A stretch of DNA of 64,000 nucleotides from Candidatus Pacearchaeota archaeon (GTDB lineage Archaea > Nanobdellota > Nanobdellia > Pacearchaeales > GW2011-AR1): contig JAGVXA010000001.1 of NCBI GenBank assembly GCA_018304025.1, forward strand, positions 2,431 to 66,430, read 5' to 3'. The first letter of the stretch is position 1. Each line of letters starts with the position of its first letter. The translations under genes and the position numbers were made by a program. Shown in pieces: positions 62,266 to 64,000 of the stretch. The notes below the pieces were generated by a model, which made no database searches, was not told the DNA's origin, and worked only from the letters and a program-made list of their open reading frames with translations.

Positions 62266-64000
62266 ATGGAACAATTAGATGTTGGACAAATTGAAAGAAA
62301 AACACAAAATAGAGTTGTTAAGCTATTCCAAGAAAAATTAGGTTATACTTATCTGGGAACTTGGGAAGAAAGGGAAAACAATCGCAACATAGAAGAAGAA
62401 CTTTTATTAAAATTCTTAAAAAAACAAAAATACTCTGAAACTTTAATTCATAAAGCATTATTTGAATTAAATAAAATAGCTTCTACTCAAAATAAAAGTC
62501 TTTATGACATCAACAAAGAGGTTTATACTTTACTTAGATATGGAATTCAAGTAAAGGAAACCAGTGGGCAAAATAAAGATACAGTTAACTTAATAGACTG
62601 GAATAATCCAAAAAATAATGACTTTTATATTGCTGAGGAAGTAACTGTAAAAGGTCAGCATGATAAAAGACCTGATGTAGTTCTATATGTGAACGGTATT
62701 GCATTAGCCGCATTGGAATTGAAAAGAAGTACTATCTCTATTTCAGAAGGGATCAGACAAAATTTGGATAATCAAGATAAGAGATTTATTCAATCATTCT
62801 TCTCAACAATTCAATTAATCTTTGCAGGAAATGATTCTGAGGGGTTAAAATATGGAATAATCGGAACTCCTGAAAAATATTATTTATCTTGGAAAGAAGA
62901 TTCAGAGATTAGAAACAAATTAGACAAACAAATTATTCAGATGTGTAGCAAAGAGCGAATCTTAGAACTTATCCATGACTTTATTGTGTTTGATGCAGGA
63001 ACTAAAAAGATATGCAGACATAATCAGTACTTTGGAGTAAAAGAATCTCAAAAGTTCTTAAGAAGAAGAGAAGGTGGAATAATTTGGCATACTCAGGGAA
63101 GTGGAAAAAGTCTTACAATGATTTGGCTTGCAAAATGGATAAAAGAAAATATTGACAATTCCAGAGTCTTGATTATTACAGATAGGGAAGAATTAGACGA
63201 ACAAATTGAAAAATTCTTTAAGGGTGTAGAAGAAAAGATATACAGAACAAAGAGTGGCAAAGATTTATTGAACAGATTGGCAGATGCAAATCCCTCTTTG
63301 TTATGTTCTTTAGTTCATAAATTTGGAAGAAAAACAGAAAATAGCCATGAAGATTATTTTGAAGAGTTAATTAAAAATCTTCCAACGAATTTTAAACCAA
63401 AAGGAGATCTATACATTTTTGTTGATGAATGTCATAGAACTCAATCGGGAAAACTTAACCAAGCAATGAAAAAATTATTACCTCAAGCGATATTTATTGG
63501 ATTTACCGGAACTCCTCTTCTAAAAACAGATAAAAAACAAAGCAGGGAAGTATTTGGAAAATATATTCACACTTACAAATACGATGAAGCAGTAAGTGAT
63601 GGAGTAGTTCTAGATTTACAATATGAAGCAAGAAACATAGATCAAAAATTAACTTCACAGAGCAAGGTTGATGAGTGGTTTGAATTGAAAACAAGAGGAT
63701 TGACCAACTTTGCTAAAGCTATATTAAAAAAGAAATGGGGAACTATGCAAAAAGTTCTAAGTTCCCAATCACGACTTAGTAGGGTAGTGGCAGATATACT
63801 GCTAGATATGGAAAAAAAGAGCAGGCTTCAAAGTGGAAGAGGAAACTCTATTCTTGTTGCAGGAAGCATTTTGGAAGCATGTAAATATTATGAATTATTC
63901 CAAAGAAGTGGCTTAAAGAAATGTGCGATAGTAACTTCATATTCGGGGAACATAGCGTCAATCAAGGGAGAAACTGTGAGCGATGAAGAAGAAACAGAAA
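62266..64000 (+). CDS. hsdR: Type I restriction endonuclease subunit R (N-terminal ~578 aa; continues past right edge)
   Basis: Hand-translated MEQLDVGQIERKTQNRVVKLF... It has a nuclease region (RPDVVLYVNGIALAALELKR), helicase motif I HTQGSGKSLTM and a DEAH-like FVDECHRTQ. No stop before 64000, so it is absent from the ORF track. Confidence 0.9.
   Translation, partial: MEQLDVGQIERKTQNRVVKLFQEKLGYTYLGTWEERENNRNIEEELLLKFLKKQKYSETLIHKALFELNKIASTQNKSLYDINKEVYTLLRYGIQVKETSGQNKDTVNLIDWNNPKNNDFYIAEEVTVKGQHDKRPDVVLYVNGIALAALELKRSTISISEGIRQNLDNQDKRFIQSFFSTIQLIFAGNDSEGLKYGIIGTPEKYYLSWKEDSEIRNKLDKQIIQMCSKERILELIHDFIVFDAGTKKICRHNQYFGVKESQKFLRRREGGIIWHTQGSGKSLTMIWLAKWIKENIDNSRVLIITDREELDEQIEKFFKGVEEKIYRTKSGKDLLNRLADANPSLLCSLVHKFGRKTENSHEDYFEELIKNLPTNFKPKGDLYIFVDECHRTQSGKLNQAMKKLLPQAIFIGFTGTPLLKTDKKQSREVFGKYIHTYKYDEAVSDGVVLDLQYEARNIDQKLTSQSKVDEWFELKTRGLTNFAKAILKKKWGTMQKVLSSQSRLSRVVADILLDMEKKSRLQSGRGNSILVAGSILEACKYYELFQRSGLKKCAIVTSYSGNIASIKGETVSDEEETE

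Overview
This is an archaeal chromosome segment, not a bacterial one. It encodes RNA polymerase subunit P, prefoldin alpha and beta, RNase P protein Pop5, archaeal SepF, a beta-CASP RNase J, an STT3/AglB oligosaccharyltransferase (WWDYGYW) and four class-III-signal-peptide (type IV pilin-like) proteins. Many start codons lie 24-27 nt downstream of an A/T-rich TATA-like box, which is a leaderless layout. The AT-rich sequence, tight gene packing and many membrane-anchored orphan proteins suggest a DPANN-type lineage (Pacearchaeota/Woesearchaeota-like). I cannot prove that from this window.

Layout:
- 0-3.1 kb: two bacterial-looking genes, a TPR-GT9 protein and an FGE/SUMF1 protein with a canonical PEP-CTERM tail.
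- 3.2-5.7 kb: housekeeping genes (rpoP, pfdB, sepF).
- 5.8-16.5 kb: a cell-surface neighbourhood. It holds a CARDB-like surface protein, a mini exosortase/archaeosortase-family protein, DedA, two paralogous anchored proteins, a 690-aa protein with 41 N-glycosylation sequons, and an 862-aa S-layer-like protein with a long hairpin-rich leader.
- 16.6-19.6 kb: a wHTH regulator and four pilin-like genes.
- 20-24.4 kb: housekeeping genes (Pop5, HtrA-like protease, RNase J, HemK-like methyltransferase, pfdA).
- 24.6-29.6 kb: a six-gene, translationally coupled MacB/Lol-like ABC operon that includes two orphan cytoplasmic proteins.
- 29.7-31.6 kb: Fic and a SpoIIM-like protein.
- 31.6-52.9 kb: a large protein-glycosylation island. 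It contains AglB, a GT4 phosphotransferase, a flippase, five GT2 genes, two extra GT-C enzymes, the CDP-glucose pathway, three radical SAM enzymes, and an FGGY kinase with a cytidylyltransferase and a methyltransferase.
- 53-54.3 kb: an MTAP-APRT fusion gene.
- 54.3-55.2 kb: a non-coding region with G-quadruplex-grade repeats.
- 55.2-64 kb: a low-GC defence island. It holds an AbrB-like/NTase protein, an RHH gene, and a type I R-M operon with two embedded non-canonical genes.

I found no rRNA, tRNA, CRISPR array, transposase or integrase.

The best candidates for something undescribed are:
1. The mini-sortase, the PEP-CTERM protein and the shared C-terminal tails on two surface proteins.
2. 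The ABC operon with a CARDB protein and two orphan subunits.
3. The orphan genes embedded in the R-M operon.
4. The radical-SAM-rich glycan island.
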